Positions 25,296-38,744 of a stretch of 64,000 nt of DNA are shown piece by piece. The stretch is from Eledone cirrhosa (lineage: Eukaryota): the NCBI GenBank assembly GCA_964016885.1, contig OZ024742.1, positions 108,500,001 through 108,564,000 of the forward strand. Direction: 5' to 3'. Position 1 is the stretch's first letter. Every line of letters begins with the position of its first letter. A model generated the notes under the pieces. The model did not search any database. It was not told where the DNA came from and saw only the letters and a list, made by a program, of their open reading frames with translations. A program made the position numbers and the translations under genes.

Positions 25296-26278
25296 GATAT
25301 GGTGTGAATGCTTCTGCTTCGGTCGTGAAATACTACGGGCGAAAGGGGCTTGGTATGCTATCGGGTGGCAAGAGGGTTCCTCGGTTCTATCAAGAGATTT
25401 AATATTCCATTCGTGCAAAACGTGGCTTGGAAATAGGTCCTCCTTATTACACTTGCGGTACAAGCAGGCACGAAACGTCACAGCACATACAGTAAAAGAG
25501 TCCAGGATATGGGAGAACCTTGCGGTTAAGCTGGAATCCGACTTCAGATAAGCAAATAAAGTATTCGTCCGATGACATTGTAAGAAGAAGTCCTCTTCCA
25601 CGCCTGCTATCAGGAATTCGTCGGGGTTCTTCTCTCCCCAGAGTGGTGCAATCTCACAAGGTGGAGAGAATACCTTATTGATATTCTAAACCCGGTCACA
25701 GCAACATCTTCTGATGTTCACGAGGTGCACCTGGGAGCGATGACTAACCTCTCGGGGGCTGAGGTCACAGAAGCAATTAGAGAGCTTAAATGTTACCCTC
25801 AGGGAAGGAGGAAATCCAGTTTGTGATGTTAAAATCCTTAAACATAGAAGGTATTTTCTGGCTGATTTGTCACGAATCTTGGGTAATGACCGAAAAAATA
25901 CGATCACCAATATAAGCAGACGAAATGGGATTCCCCCGAAAGATATTTGGAGTAACCTTCCTCGAGAGAGTGCGTAGCTCAAATATCTGGCTGTCACCAT
26001 TGTTAGAACCGCTACTGCTTTGAATTGACTTATCACAGATCCAATACATGTGGTCAGAATGTCTTAGGAAAGAATCTTTGGACAGATTTTACGGGCAAAA
26101 CTAACTAGCAGGAGACCCGGGGGTAGACTCCGAGTATGATGGCTGGTTGGATAATATCCATGAGCTCGAGTGGTATCGCTTGGGTCCATCGGATCAATTG
26201 AAGACAGTTGTTTTTGACATGCCTCAGTGGGAAGTGCTCCCAAGACCCTAAAAGTAATGAGGGGGCAATGAAGAAGAA
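25296..26278 (+). pseudogene. RTE-clade LINE 3' part, internally deleted
   Basis: GRKGLGMLSGGKR, LHLRYKQARN...KLESDFR, EVTEAIREL, HVVRMS...RRPGGR; ends gcaatgaagaagaa. Confidence 0.65.
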
Positions 26279-26292
26279 TTGCATACTGCCAT

Positions 26293-26356
<64 letters not shown>

Positions 26357-26397
26357 TTCAAAATATTAACAAAAATAGAACTTCTTCTGATCAAGTA

Positions 26398-26464
26398 TAT
26401 TTTATTATACATATTTCAGAGGTAGTGAGCTAACTTCAACAGTACGTCCTCATCAGATAAAATA
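26398..26464 (-). ncRNA. type I hammerhead motif with long stem II (family H3)
   Basis: Minus strand tattttat-CTGATGA-ggacgta...tacctct-GAA-ATA-tg-TAT-A-ataaaata: 8-bp stem I, ATA cleavage triplet; adjacent to a TA tract. Confidence 0.5.
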
Positions 26465-27320
26465 AGATGATGCATGACATACCCTGACATAGTAGATGGT
26501 TAATATCCAGTCATAGTAGTGTAAGATATGACAAAACTCAATATTTATATACTCTAAGATTGATACATGAAAAAACTTACATATAATACATATAATACAG
26601 AGGGTGCGTGTAAGAAAGCTTAAAAATACATAACAGTAATTTACATAACTGTTAGAGATTCAAATAATTATTGAAGAAAGAGGTAAGAAAAAAAGACAGA
26701 GAGAAAACAGATGAGGGGAAAATATAGGTAGAAGAGGTATAGAGAGCAAAAGAGAATTGATCAAGGAAAGGGAGACAAAGAGGAATAATTATAATTATAG
26801 GGAGGGATGAATTATATATATATCTATACATAACTATACATTTGGGCATAGCTATGCGAGTAAACTCGAATCATTGAATTATTGAATTATCTAAAAATAT
26901 TCATCAATCTAAATCCTAAATATAACTGGGTGTAATCAATAAAAGTTAATTTCCTTAGTTAATTAGTTATATATACTATCCAAACGTATCCGGTTGACCG
27001 TCAACTTTCAAATCATTTAAGTTAGTTCAGAGTAATGAATTAATTAAAGTGTATAATATTTCAGGTTATAAAAGTTTATAAATATCTGTATTAATATTAA
27101 AGTATACTATCATATTTAATTTATAAAATCATATTTTATGAATTCATATTTAAACTATTTGCAAACATGAGAGAGAAGACATGCTATTTTTCATCCTCTC
27201 GAAGGTAAATCTTAATAATTTTATTATAATATATTTAATTATTTATATTATATTGAAGATAATTCGCATTATATAATTTATAAAATAATTACAGCTATAA
27301 TTTAAAAAAACGTTTATTAT

Positions 27321-27500
27321 TTGGCAGTATCGGTAGAGGGTCGGACGCCATGCTTTCCAGCATAGTTACGTCCCTTTACGATCTGAGTTCAAATCCCGCC
27401 GAGGTTGACTTTGCCTTTCATCCTTACGGGGTCGATAAAATAAAGTACCAGTAATGCACTGGGTAATTGCTGGCCTTGTGCCTAAATTAGAAACAATTAT
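27321..27500 (+). mobile_element. SINE family A
   Basis: ttggcagtatcggtagagggtcggacgcc...gagttcaaatcccgccgagg...gaaacaattat. Confidence 0.9.
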
Positions 27501-28122
27501 TAAATTAGATATATGCATTTGTCTAAATATAAACAAAGATTATATTGTCTAAAGATTAAGATGATACCTATCATTTATATATAACATAATATAATACAAT
27601 AAATAAGTTACTGATAATATTGTTAAAAATTAAGGTTTTAGATCAATTATTATAATAAGGTAATGTAACTCATATATACTATAAATATACAAGTCAAACT
27701 TCTTGAATCATACGGATAAGAATCTGATTCAAAGTAAAAAAGTGAATTGTCTGCGATCTTAGATTTTCTTTATAAATTTATATAGTAGTACAATGTGTCT
27801 GCAAACATGAGAAAGAGAAAGCCTAAGGAACACTAGAAAGTTATTAAAGTATTTAAAGTACTTATAAATGTAACTAGAAGCATGTTATTATACTAGATAT
27901 ACAGATTTGTTCAAATATAGAGTATTCCAGATATTAGTGATCGATATACATATAATAAATAATTAGTACAATCATTGTTAGTAATATTATAATTGAAGTG
28001 TTACATCAAGATAAGTGGAAAAAAATTTGTCGACTTGTATGGTGTGTGATCACACTGTTGAGTGCTTCCAATCTATTGTAAAACTAATTCTTTGATTTAT
28101 TCATTGAACCTTGTTTAACCTT

Positions 28123-28213
<91 letters not shown>

Positions 28214-28218
<5 letters not shown>

Positions 28219-28312
28219 TGTATGTATAGTATATTTGGCAATATACCGTATGTTTAATTAAAAACATTTAGAAGACCATTCGCTATCAGTTTTAAAGTAG
28301 TGACTATGTCAC
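28214..28312 (+). repeat. unclassified dispersed repeat
   Basis: Nearly identical to 34461-34559; first 33 bp recur at 34768-34800. Confidence 0.75.
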
Positions 28313-29006
28313 ATATATATGTATATATATAGTCTAAAGAGACGCCATCACCAAATATTCGAAGTCACTGCCACCTTTTTGTTCAAGAAATAAATGGTTA
28401 CACCCTGCTAACGTCTATCAAGTAGTCATTCATTTAATGTTTGCACGTTCTATGTTCGTGTGTATAGAAACATCATTTCCTTCAATGTGTGTCTGTGTAA
28501 GGAATTCCTAATTCCTAAACTCTAGTGTCTGAGAAAAGGCTACACCTCACATTTCTACTTCATTTTTACTACTTTAAATTAATTGATCCAATAAGTTGGG
28601 ATTGAACTGAATTATTGACTCAGCTTTCCTCACCCGATGAATACATGTTTCTATGTTTAAGTGTCTGCAGCCTTTGGGAAGGACGGGAGCTTTAATCTCA
28701 TTTCCTTCTCTGTTGATGGTGTGTTTATTCGTATTACTATAACTTCGATCAGTTTTCATTATGTGTGTGTATGTGTGTATGTGTGTATGTGTGTATGCGT
28801 GTATGTGTGTATGTGTGTATGTGTGTGTATGTGTGTCTTGCCCATCTGTGCGGGTATTGTGGAATTTGGTCTGTTCTGACGGCGAGTGTTCTAGTTGATG
28901 CGATCAACTCACGACCTCATGATCATATGCCAAACAGCCTAACCACTAAGATACACGCATTCCCATCTTGCTCATCTACACAAACACCCACTAACGCACT
29001 CTCTCT

Positions 29007-29038
<32 letters not shown>

Positions 29039-29039
29039 C

Positions 29040-29121
<82 letters not shown>

Positions 29122-29775
29122 TTCCTCCTTCTCTATCTATTTTCCTCAGTATACAAAATTACACGTTTCATATTTACAGAATTCATATTTACAAAACTCT
29201 CTCGGCATTATCATGTCGACTCGGTTAATTCTTTGTACGAAGATAGCAGAGATATAGATTATTTCTCGCAACTTTCTCAAGTTGATTGAAAGGAAAACTT
29301 GAGCTTGCTATCTTTATCTGAATAACAGACCGAGGCAATTGTAGTCATGTTGGATATATTTTTAGATAATGGTTTTGCTTTGCAGACAAAGTCTTCAATT
29401 TTGTCTTTCTTTCTAATCTCTCTCTCAAGGAAATAAATAGTTGCTATAGATTGTATTGATCCAATCGACTCATGAAAGTAAATAAATTATTTTTTTCTTT
29501 AGTAAGCGCTTCTAAACAATGGAATTGATGAAATCCAGTGTGTTTTGATGCTTCACATTAAAAATAACAAATAGAGAAAAACAAAATACACAAAAGAAAG
29601 AAGCAATAATGTAAAAGGTTGAAAATTCTATTTAGATATTTAGAATGCACGTATTAATTCCATTTTCTAAATTAGGTGTTTTGTTATTTCTATATTTTAC
29701 TATTTCTGAATAAAAATAACTCATAAATTTAAAATTACTAAGTACAATATAATGTAATATAATACGAAGGTATGT

Positions 29776-29812
<37 letters not shown>

Positions 29813-30157
29813 TGTGTTTGTGTGTGTGGGTGTTGTTGTTGTTGTGGTTTATCTGAATTCTTGCACGGTATCAATTATTATGGGATATAGACAATGAATA
29901 TATAAATATATAAGTAAGGAAAATTGGCCGAATTTATAAACAATTAAATTATGCTTAAATTATTAAACCCACTTAATGCCAGTCTTGGTGTGAAGCCAGC
30001 TTTATTAATACTCTTTTACACATTTACTAGTTTCACTGGACTGCGGTCATGCTGGAACACCGTCAAAGGATTTATTTGATCATATCGATATCGAGCCCCA
30101 GTACCTCTTTTTTTCATGTTTGTTATTTATTTTTTATTTATTTACATATAGATACAC

Positions 30158-30228
<71 letters not shown>

Positions 30229-30237
30229 TATATATAT

Positions 30238-30566
30238 AACGAAGGAATTGTGGTAAGGAACCAGATGGACCATAACGCACCAGAGTACTCAATACTTAGA
30301 GTAGTAGAGTGGGTAATAGGAAAAGGTATGACCCCGACGGCAGAGCTCAAGCCGTTTCGACGGCTATTTCTGGACTCTTTAATGCTCTTGAGCAGGTGGA
30401 AAAGGTCGTTCTCGAAGGGTGAGAGCATAGGGGGTTCGGAGGAGGAGATTTGTAGGTATTGAATCCGAATCTCTCTTTGGTGTCGAAGTCCTGATTGTAG
30501 AAATTAGTCCAGAAATTGCCGTCGAAACGGCTTGAGCTCTGCCGTCGGGGTCATACCTTTTCCTAT
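30238..30566. mobile_element. TA-flanked Penelope-like remnant: 61-bp inverted repeat around an ORF fragment
   Basis: 30316-30376 vs 30506-30566 (1 mismatch); spacer on minus strand reads KERFGFNTYKSPPP / LSPFENDLFHLLKSIK, resembling PLE N-terminal region; right arm has GAAA-CGGC-loop-GCCG-TC (hammerhead stem III). Confidence 0.7.
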
Positions 30567-31065
30567 ATATATATATATATATATATAGCTACTAACATCG
30601 AGTAATTGTAGCTAAAAATCACTACAGCTTTATTTATATTTCGCTTTAAGGATGTTTTCAAACCAGGTTACTTTACAATTGGGGATATTTCATTAATTTC
30701 ACTCGCGCTCAAATTAAGATGGTAAATTGACTCATTAGAAAATCGGTTAAAGCGTATTACAATATTCTTTCTGGCCTTTAGCAAGATAGAATTCAGAGTG
30801 CTCAGCTCTTTGAATTCGATCTCGCTAAAATCAAATTCGCATTTCCTTTTTTTTTTTGTCAATAAATAAAACACCACTTCAATACTGGAATTGATTCTTC
30901 TCATCTCTCACTTTCACTCACTCGTTAGATGAAATTAGATGAGTTCAGACCTGGAAAGTGAAGGATTGCATCGGGTTTTAAATGCCTATCACACGCCTGT
31001 GGTATGTCAAGACGGCGACCCTACGACGCCATCAACACTTAAACTTCATTTAATGATGCATGTTG

Positions 31066-31138
<73 letters not shown>

Positions 31139-32074
31139 AGAAGAGAGGGGGGATGGAGAAGAGAAGGGGAGAGAGAGAAAATACAAAAAGGGAGGTTAAT
31201 ATGCGGTTACTTAGAATAATTAGTGGGGTAATATTGCAACAGGGGAAAATCTGATCTTTTTATCAGGCCATTATATGATTAATTGCTTTTTTTGTCTTCT
31301 GCCTATTTATCATGTCATCATTTTAACTGCTAATAAATATTACTTCAAACCATAATTCGATATTCCGAAATTATGAAGCTAATTTGAGTTAAATATGCCA
31401 AATATTTTAGTTTCTATCGATGTTTGTGAGTAGAACTGTTTGTGGCTTTCAGAATTTGGGGAAACAAAAACACAAACAAACAAACAAAAACTAAAGAAGA
31501 ATAATCAACGAAAAAGAATAGAAAGAACATAGATAGCAAACGTGTAGTTACTAAATGACAAATGAGGGTTATTTTCAGGAAATGTTTGCAATGTGAAAAA
31601 CAAATTACCTCTCAATATTGGCTAAAAATAACAAAAAAGGAAAAAAATAAAGAAAACAAAGCAAAAAGAAAATATCAAACAAAAGCACCGAGAAAATTCT
31701 TCAGCATTTAAAAAAAAAAATGTTATTGGTCCTCCGTCGGTTACGACGACTAGCGTTCTGGTTGTTCGGAAAACGTTTGACACAATGTTTGACGAAGCTG
31801 ATCTCTCAAATAATTGCAGGTAAAACTCATTTTTGCTCAAAATGAAGAGTGGGGCAATGTGAAATAAAGTATCTTGTTGAAAGATACAACACACTACCCA
31901 GTTCAGGAATCTATCTTCCGACCTTGCAATCGTGAACGAATCCTATGCCACTAAACTGCGCACCTTCTCTGCAGTAACATATTATTTATGTAAACAAAGT
32001 GATTATCGTTGATATATTGCGGCGTAATCCTACATATTTGATGGCTATGGCTTCAGCAAATGCCGAACCATGTG

Positions 32075-32296
32075 AGTAAAACTGGGTAGACAAAAACTGT
32101 TTGAAAGCTGGCCGGATGGACTGTATCTGTATTTCAAATCACCAACCTCATTCCACACTGTCACGCTGAATTTCTCTGAAAATTTCACTAAGAGAACAAG
32201 TATTTGCGAAACGCTCAGCCACTTGCATGTCAATATCACGAGCAAAGCGTTCCGTTGAGTTAACTGGAATACTCATCGTCGAAACCGATAGAGATC
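32075..32296 (+). mobile_element. SINE family B body
   Basis: gtatctgtatttcaaa...ctgtcacgctgaatttctctga...cagccacttgcatg...catcgtcgaaaccga. Confidence 0.6.
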
Positions 32297-32993
32297 CTTT
32301 CCAGTATTAGGGAAGCTTTACTGTATATGTTTCTTTTTCATGCACAAAAAGCAATTAATCAAGCATTTCAATTTCATTGTTCTAGAGCACGTATGGAACA
32401 CATAAAGCAGCGAAAGTGAAAAGCAATAAAATAATAGACAGACCGATTAATATCTTTTGTTGTATTGAACCTTCATTGACAGGCGGGTGGTCATTAACAT
32501 AACAATATGGCTGCTGTTTAGCACAATATAACTATCTTTAAGCCATCTATCATCTCTCTTGCACTGTAGTACATACAGTACAGTACTAATTTATAATTGC
32601 TTTGTCATTCAGCTCAAGTATTGCAATTGTTTTGAAGAATATAGATGCACCAATCAACCTCATCTTATACTTTTGATCTCTGTCACAATATGAAAGAAGC
32701 AAACAATAAACAAAAAATGAGATTATTCTGTTTCTGGTTTTTGTTGTAGTTTTTTTTTTTTTTGTTATTGATATATATGTTTGCTTTTCGGGAAAATAGT
32801 AATTTGTTTTGTAAATCATTTCATTTAATGAATATTCATAACTCATTAATGGTCGGTTAACGGCATAATTAGTATTTCCCAATCAACACTTTATATACAA
32901 TGTATTCAAAATGGTAGTCTTTGAAATTAATATATATATATATACACACATTATATATATATATAAATACATATATATATATATAAATACACA

Positions 32994-33055
<62 letters not shown>

Positions 33056-33312
33056 AACAAGAGTAATATTTGAGATACAAAACGTGGTTGAGGTATGCCA
33101 AAAAAACTTGAAACTCAATGGTTTTTAACAATTAACAATGCTCAAATGGAAGGAACCGATACGTCCAAAGTATACCCCCAAATATTATACGAGTGTAAGG
33201 TCACAATAATAAGAAATAATATAGCGAAGGGTTTTGACGAAATTTACATTTTATTAGTCTTACACACGTGTATCTCTTTCCTTGGTATCTACAACTCGTT
33301 TCATGATTGAGG

Positions 33313-33408
<96 letters not shown>

Positions 33409-34240
33409 TATATATATCCGATATTGTATTTATTTACTTACTCTTGGCGCAGCAGATTTGAAAAAAATTCCCGGTATAAGGTTAGCATTTCTTTGTTTAT
33501 TTTTTATATATGAATATTGATTGTTCCTTATATCTCATTCTGTTATTTTGCCCGAGAAAATATCTGTGTGTGTCATCAAATGTTGTACACATAGATATTT
33601 TTTCAATTTCCAATTGAGTTCTTAGCACGTGGCCTGAATGCCTTTCAGAGTTCATTGTCACGCGCATGTATTGTTTTGTTTGGCGGTAATTCACTTCCTC
33701 ATTTTTTGAATTAGTTCGAGCACTTCTTTCAGAACTTCTGGACTGGCAACCTGACAGATACCTCAGGCACAGAAAGTGATTATCGCTAAATGCTGATGTT
33801 GGTTAGATTATCAATATTAGTATTGTTGGGGCACCCACTGATGAATTATAGGAGCCCACTTGAATATATATCTATTGATGGTATACAAGCTATTACATAA
33901 ATTGGTATAATTTCACCCAAATTGTAGGAATCCTATAATGAAACGAGACGTCCGTCTGGGAAGAGATATATTAGATATGTCTCATTTGAAATAATACAGC
34001 CAATTTTCCACGCAATACTTTTAGTTAGCACCCCGAACACATAATTGGGAATATAATCACTTATTTCCTAATGTTTGTTGAGTGAGTTGGAATTTGGCCG
34101 GAGTATCGCTAAAAAGCTTTCTCCGATATTGTGTATATATATATGTATAATGGAAAAATTTGAACAGGGACAAAACAGAGAGGCAGTACAACGAATGTTT
34201 ATTAATTTCACGCTCTGGAGAGTGGGGTGTTGGTGGGGGG

Positions 34241-34272
34241 ACGACGTTTCGGGCATAAGCCCTTCCTCAGGT
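34241..34272 (-). ncRNA. minimal hammerhead motif (family H4)
   Basis: Minus strand ac-CTGAGGA-a-gggc-ttat-gccc-GAAAC-GTC-gt; canonical core and stem II, but stem I only 2 bp; in a TA-flanked module 34133-34460. Confidence 0.5.
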
Positions 34273-37200
34273 GAGAAGTGTGTGGGAACAGAGTTCAAAG
34301 GGTGTGTAGGGGAGTGGTGGAGAGACATATAGCGAAAGGAAACGGTGCGAATGAAAAAAATAAAAATAAAGATAAAAATAAAGCATGATCAAAATACAAG
34401 GAATGAAATAAATTTAAATATAAAAGCATGATCAAAATAAACTGAAATATATATATATATATGAATGTATGTATAGTATATTTGGCAATATACTGTATGT
34501 TTAATTTAAAACATTTTGAAGACCGTTCGCTATGAGTTTTAAAGTAGTGACTATGTCACTTACTTATTCTCGGCAAAAGCAATGAAGCGTGATCGACAGT
34601 CCTGTTTCACGCTCGTTAGCGTTTATCAAGATCACTCACTCCTTTGCTTCTGCCGAGAGTTATAGAAGCTGGATTCCAGTAATATTTAAGAGCTGATTAA
34701 TCAGAGCGGTTTCAGGTCCAGCAAAAATTAGGTATTGGTATTGGTGCTCTGAAATAGCGATGTATACATGAATGTATGTATAGCATATTTGGCAATATAC
34801 TCTCTATATATATTCACATATATACGCATGTTTGTATGAGCTTATAAAAGATGGTGTGCATCCGATTATATACAATGTTCCGTTATTATATTCCTAATGA
34901 ATTACGTTTTTCGAATAATTTTGAAAACAATCAAGAATTTTTAGGGATTTAGTAATGTCTTTTACGTTATTTAGCCTGGAAGACACCTTAAAGGTTCTTA
35001 TATGAAATTATGATGGAAGATTATTAGATAAATATAAACATTTTAAAACTATCAGCTTTGTATCTCAGAACCAGGGGCAGTTTGGTATCAAAACTGATAT
35101 ACTATTATATGCATATATATACTCATAGTGAGTGCTTGTATGATATTTCGAGTAAACATGAGAACTATTTGCTTAGTGCAACGATATTGCAAACAAATGC
35201 AAATGCATATATCATATAACGAGCAACTTGAATACGTTGCAGAAAAATAAATGATGCATAACTTACAGTAAACTTTTGTTTGATACTTAGCGGTGCTGAA
35301 CAAACAAACGGTGAGTCTTGGCGATTTTAGACCTAACCGAGCCCGTCCCTCTTTAGGTCTGAACAGAGTCGATTTGTTTGAGGGCAGAGACAGGAGGAAG
35401 AAAGAGCGAGAAAGAGAAAGCGAGATAGAGGAAAATCCAATCCAAGTACTTGGCTGCTATTTTATTCATCAACCTTAAAAGAATGAAAGACAAAAGTACA
35501 CCGTGAAGTATTTTGACCGATGTTCTAACAACTCTGCAAATTCACCGCCTTATATTCTGTCAAACATTATTTTTGTTGTTACGCTAATAATTGTATTAAA
35601 ATGTAAGTTCACACGGCATGGATAATCGTCCCTTGTATTGTACGCTACCTATATTAAATTTAGCAATATATATAGCTATTTTCGCAGGTGGATTGTATTA
35701 AACAATACAAATTTACGAAACATCGGTTTGACAACGTATATAGTCATTGCATATCGACACAGCAAATCAATGAATATATGACACATATATTCTGCAACTT
35801 TTTTAGTTAAAATATCTATAGAGTGGTGGATTTACACAAGCTATAAATTGTTTTTACCATTTTCCCCTTCAATTCTTCTAGGTTCATGCATTGAATTTTG
35901 TGCTAAACTTTGAAATCCACCAACGCTGCCGATTTGATTCCAACAGGTCCTACCGAAAAAAGGCCGCCATTAGTTTAGTCACACACTCCAGCACTCTGGA
36001 TAGGAACACATATATGATACACTTACACCCGAGCCTTTCTTGAGATGGCGTAAATGGTAAGGCTGTCAGTTGAAAACGAGGATGAAATCGGGTCTTGAGC
36101 TAATAACTGATCCTCGCATAAACTGTTTCCCTTCGTTGGAATCGTAACAGATTGGGAATATTTGCATCACAAATCTATGTTCACCATTTATGGGTCGCCT
36201 CTTTTCACGATGCTATGGATTTTTTTGGTTGAAACCGATTCAACCCATCCTGGATAAATCGATATAGTGACGCTTATGATTTACACATGGGAGTTTTTCT
36301 TTATAAGAATCCAATATGTACATATATATATACCATGAAAAAAATGTATTCTCTTAGAAATTGTTCTGGAACATTGGATGAATATTACTATATATATGTA
36401 TGTGAGAGCGCGTGACCTAATATTTGGAGAGTTAGTCATACAATCATAAGGTCGTACATTCGATCTCTGGACCGAGCGGTACGTTGTATTCGTGAGCAAA
36501 GCGTTTTATTTCACAGTACCAGTAATTCACTGGGTAATTGCTGGCCTTGTGCCTAAAGTAGAAACAATTATGATAGGATTGGTGTCCCTATCATTAAAAT
36601 ACTGAATAAATCGATAAGCCAGATAAAGCTTCATAGGTTGTGGGCTGTAAATTACACATATCTTATATCATTTGCATATGGATGCCGAGTATTTCAAGGC
36701 TGGACAAAGGTTACATATTTTGCTCTAATCCCAATTATTGATTGATCCACACCATTTCCCAAAGCGTTAGTGAAATATTACAATCAAATCGACTACATAT
36801 GTTTTCTTGCATCAATAAACCTTATTTATGGGAAATCAATAATGCAACGTAATTAAATAAATCAGTTAACTCGTGTGTCTAGCCTCTATAAATCGATAGA
36901 TCTGTTAATCGGGTTGATGCTGTAAATCACAAGATATGCAATCGTCAACCCGAGTCCGCAACCATCCTAAGAGGCAGATGTTATCTATATCTACAACGCA
37001 ATAACTAGAAATCGAGAATCAGAAGTTTCGCCCTTGATTGCACCCTTTTGAAAGAATGCGCTTAAGCCATAATAAAATATATTTCCATTAACTGATATAT
37101 CAACTTTTAGTTTTTCCCGTTTCCCCAGCCATACACATTCTAAGGTGTAAATACTTCACTTCATCTATACCAGTAACACCAATAATAAACTTGAATAAAG

Positions 37201-37539
37201 TGTGAGGGCAGTAATATGAATGTGTCCCTCCGATGGAAGTCAACAAATATACTAGCTCGGGCCGTTTTAGTGTGCACCATTATAACAGTTCAGATTTTTA
37301 TTTCTTGATCAAAGTCGACATAATTTTTACGTTGTTTATTGTATTTATTATTTGTTTCTGTATATTCATTTTTTCATAACAACATTTTCTTATCTTTACA
37401 GATGTTTACCCATGTAAAAACTATGTATTATTCTCTCGCTGAAAAAGTAAAATTCGATGTTGGTATGAATGTATTCATGATACAATAATAGGTAGTATAA
37501 ATCTTATACAAAAACTGTAGATGTATATCTAGATTGTGT

Positions 37540-38050
37540 AAAAGTTTTGTTAGGTTTTGTCAAGATAACGAGCAGGAACTAATGGAGGAGGCTAGATGCT
37601 ACCAGCCAGATATCGTCGGGGTTTCGTCAGCAAAGTTTCGTGGCTCTGATGTTGTAGATTTGGATGGAGGATGGAAACTGCACTATTCAGGTGTGGCGCC
37701 AGAAATAACTACACAGGCGGGAGTTGGGATGCTCACAAGTCCCCGACTGTCAGAATGTGTTATGGACTACATCCTATTAGGAGGGAATATTTGCCTCTTG
37801 AAAATTAGGCTGAAAGATAGGTCTCTGTGGGTGGTGCATGTTTATGCACCAAACAAGGAATCCGAATATAGTCCCTTCCTTGATGAAGTACTTCAGCGTT
37901 AGATGTAGTTAAGACAGTCATATATCCTGATAGGAGACTTCAATGCACATGTTGGTAGTGACTATCTGACATGGGAAGGAATGATAGGAAGGAATGACGA
38001 CACTGAACTACATACGAATGGAGAGGCCTTACTAGATTTCAGTTCTAGCA
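37540..38050 (+). pseudogene. RTE-clade AP-endonuclease fragment
   Basis: YQPDIVGVSS...LDGGWKLHYSGV...AGVGML...VHVYAPN, ILIGDFNAHVG, NGEALLDF; same family as 24210-25010. Confidence 0.85.
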
Positions 38051-38051
38051 A

Positions 38052-38186
38052 AGAAGAAGAAGAAGAAGAAGAAGAAGAAGAAGAAGAAGAAGAAGAAGAA
38101 GAAGAAGAAGAAGAAGAAGAAGAAGAAGAAGAAGAAGAAGAAGAAGAAGAAGAAGAAGAAGAAGAAGAAGAAGAAGAAGAAGAAGA
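38052..38186. repeat. (GAA)n microsatellite
   Basis: Directly visible; explains the poly-E ORF. Confidence 0.95.
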
Positions 38187-38289
38187 TTACAACAGATCAT
38201 TGTCTTATATAATGCCACTATTCTTAAAGGTGATGTAGTGGCTAACTCGGTGAATGATTGAACATATGTATTACTTTACGTTATATTAT

Positions 38290-38531
38290 TTTATTCTTTT
38301 ACTGGTTTCAATTAGACTGCGAGTATGCTAGAGCACCGCCTTCTCTTGGTCGACCATATCGACCCCAGTACTGACTTTTTCAAGTTTCGTACATATTTTA
38401 CCGCAAAAAGTGACCGGTAAAATAAGTTCCAAACTTGATAAAGTAAGTACTGGGGGTCAATATGATTGACTAAACCTAGGCAATGCCTCAGGATAGTCGC
38501 AGTCTAATGATTGAAACCAGTAAAAGAATAA
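38290..38531. repeat. inverted pair of SINE-tail fragments
   Basis: ttattcttttactggtttcaattagactgcg...gaccccagtact (38291-38372) mirrored by agtactggggtc...cgcagtctaatgattgaaaccagtaaaagaataa (38446-38531); related pieces near 4370-4445 and 30010-30105. Confidence 0.65.
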
Positions 38532-38567
38532 AAGAAAATTATATGATGTATGTATGTATATGTGTGT

Positions 38568-38625
<58 letters not shown>

Positions 38626-38654
38626 TTATATATTTATGTATATATATATTATAT

Positions 38655-38744
<90 letters not shown>

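Noticed and set aside
37401-37462. Possible small exon (tttacag|ATG...TTG|gtatga)
   Set aside because: Splice-like signals only, no recognisable protein and no partner exons; needs RNA-seq
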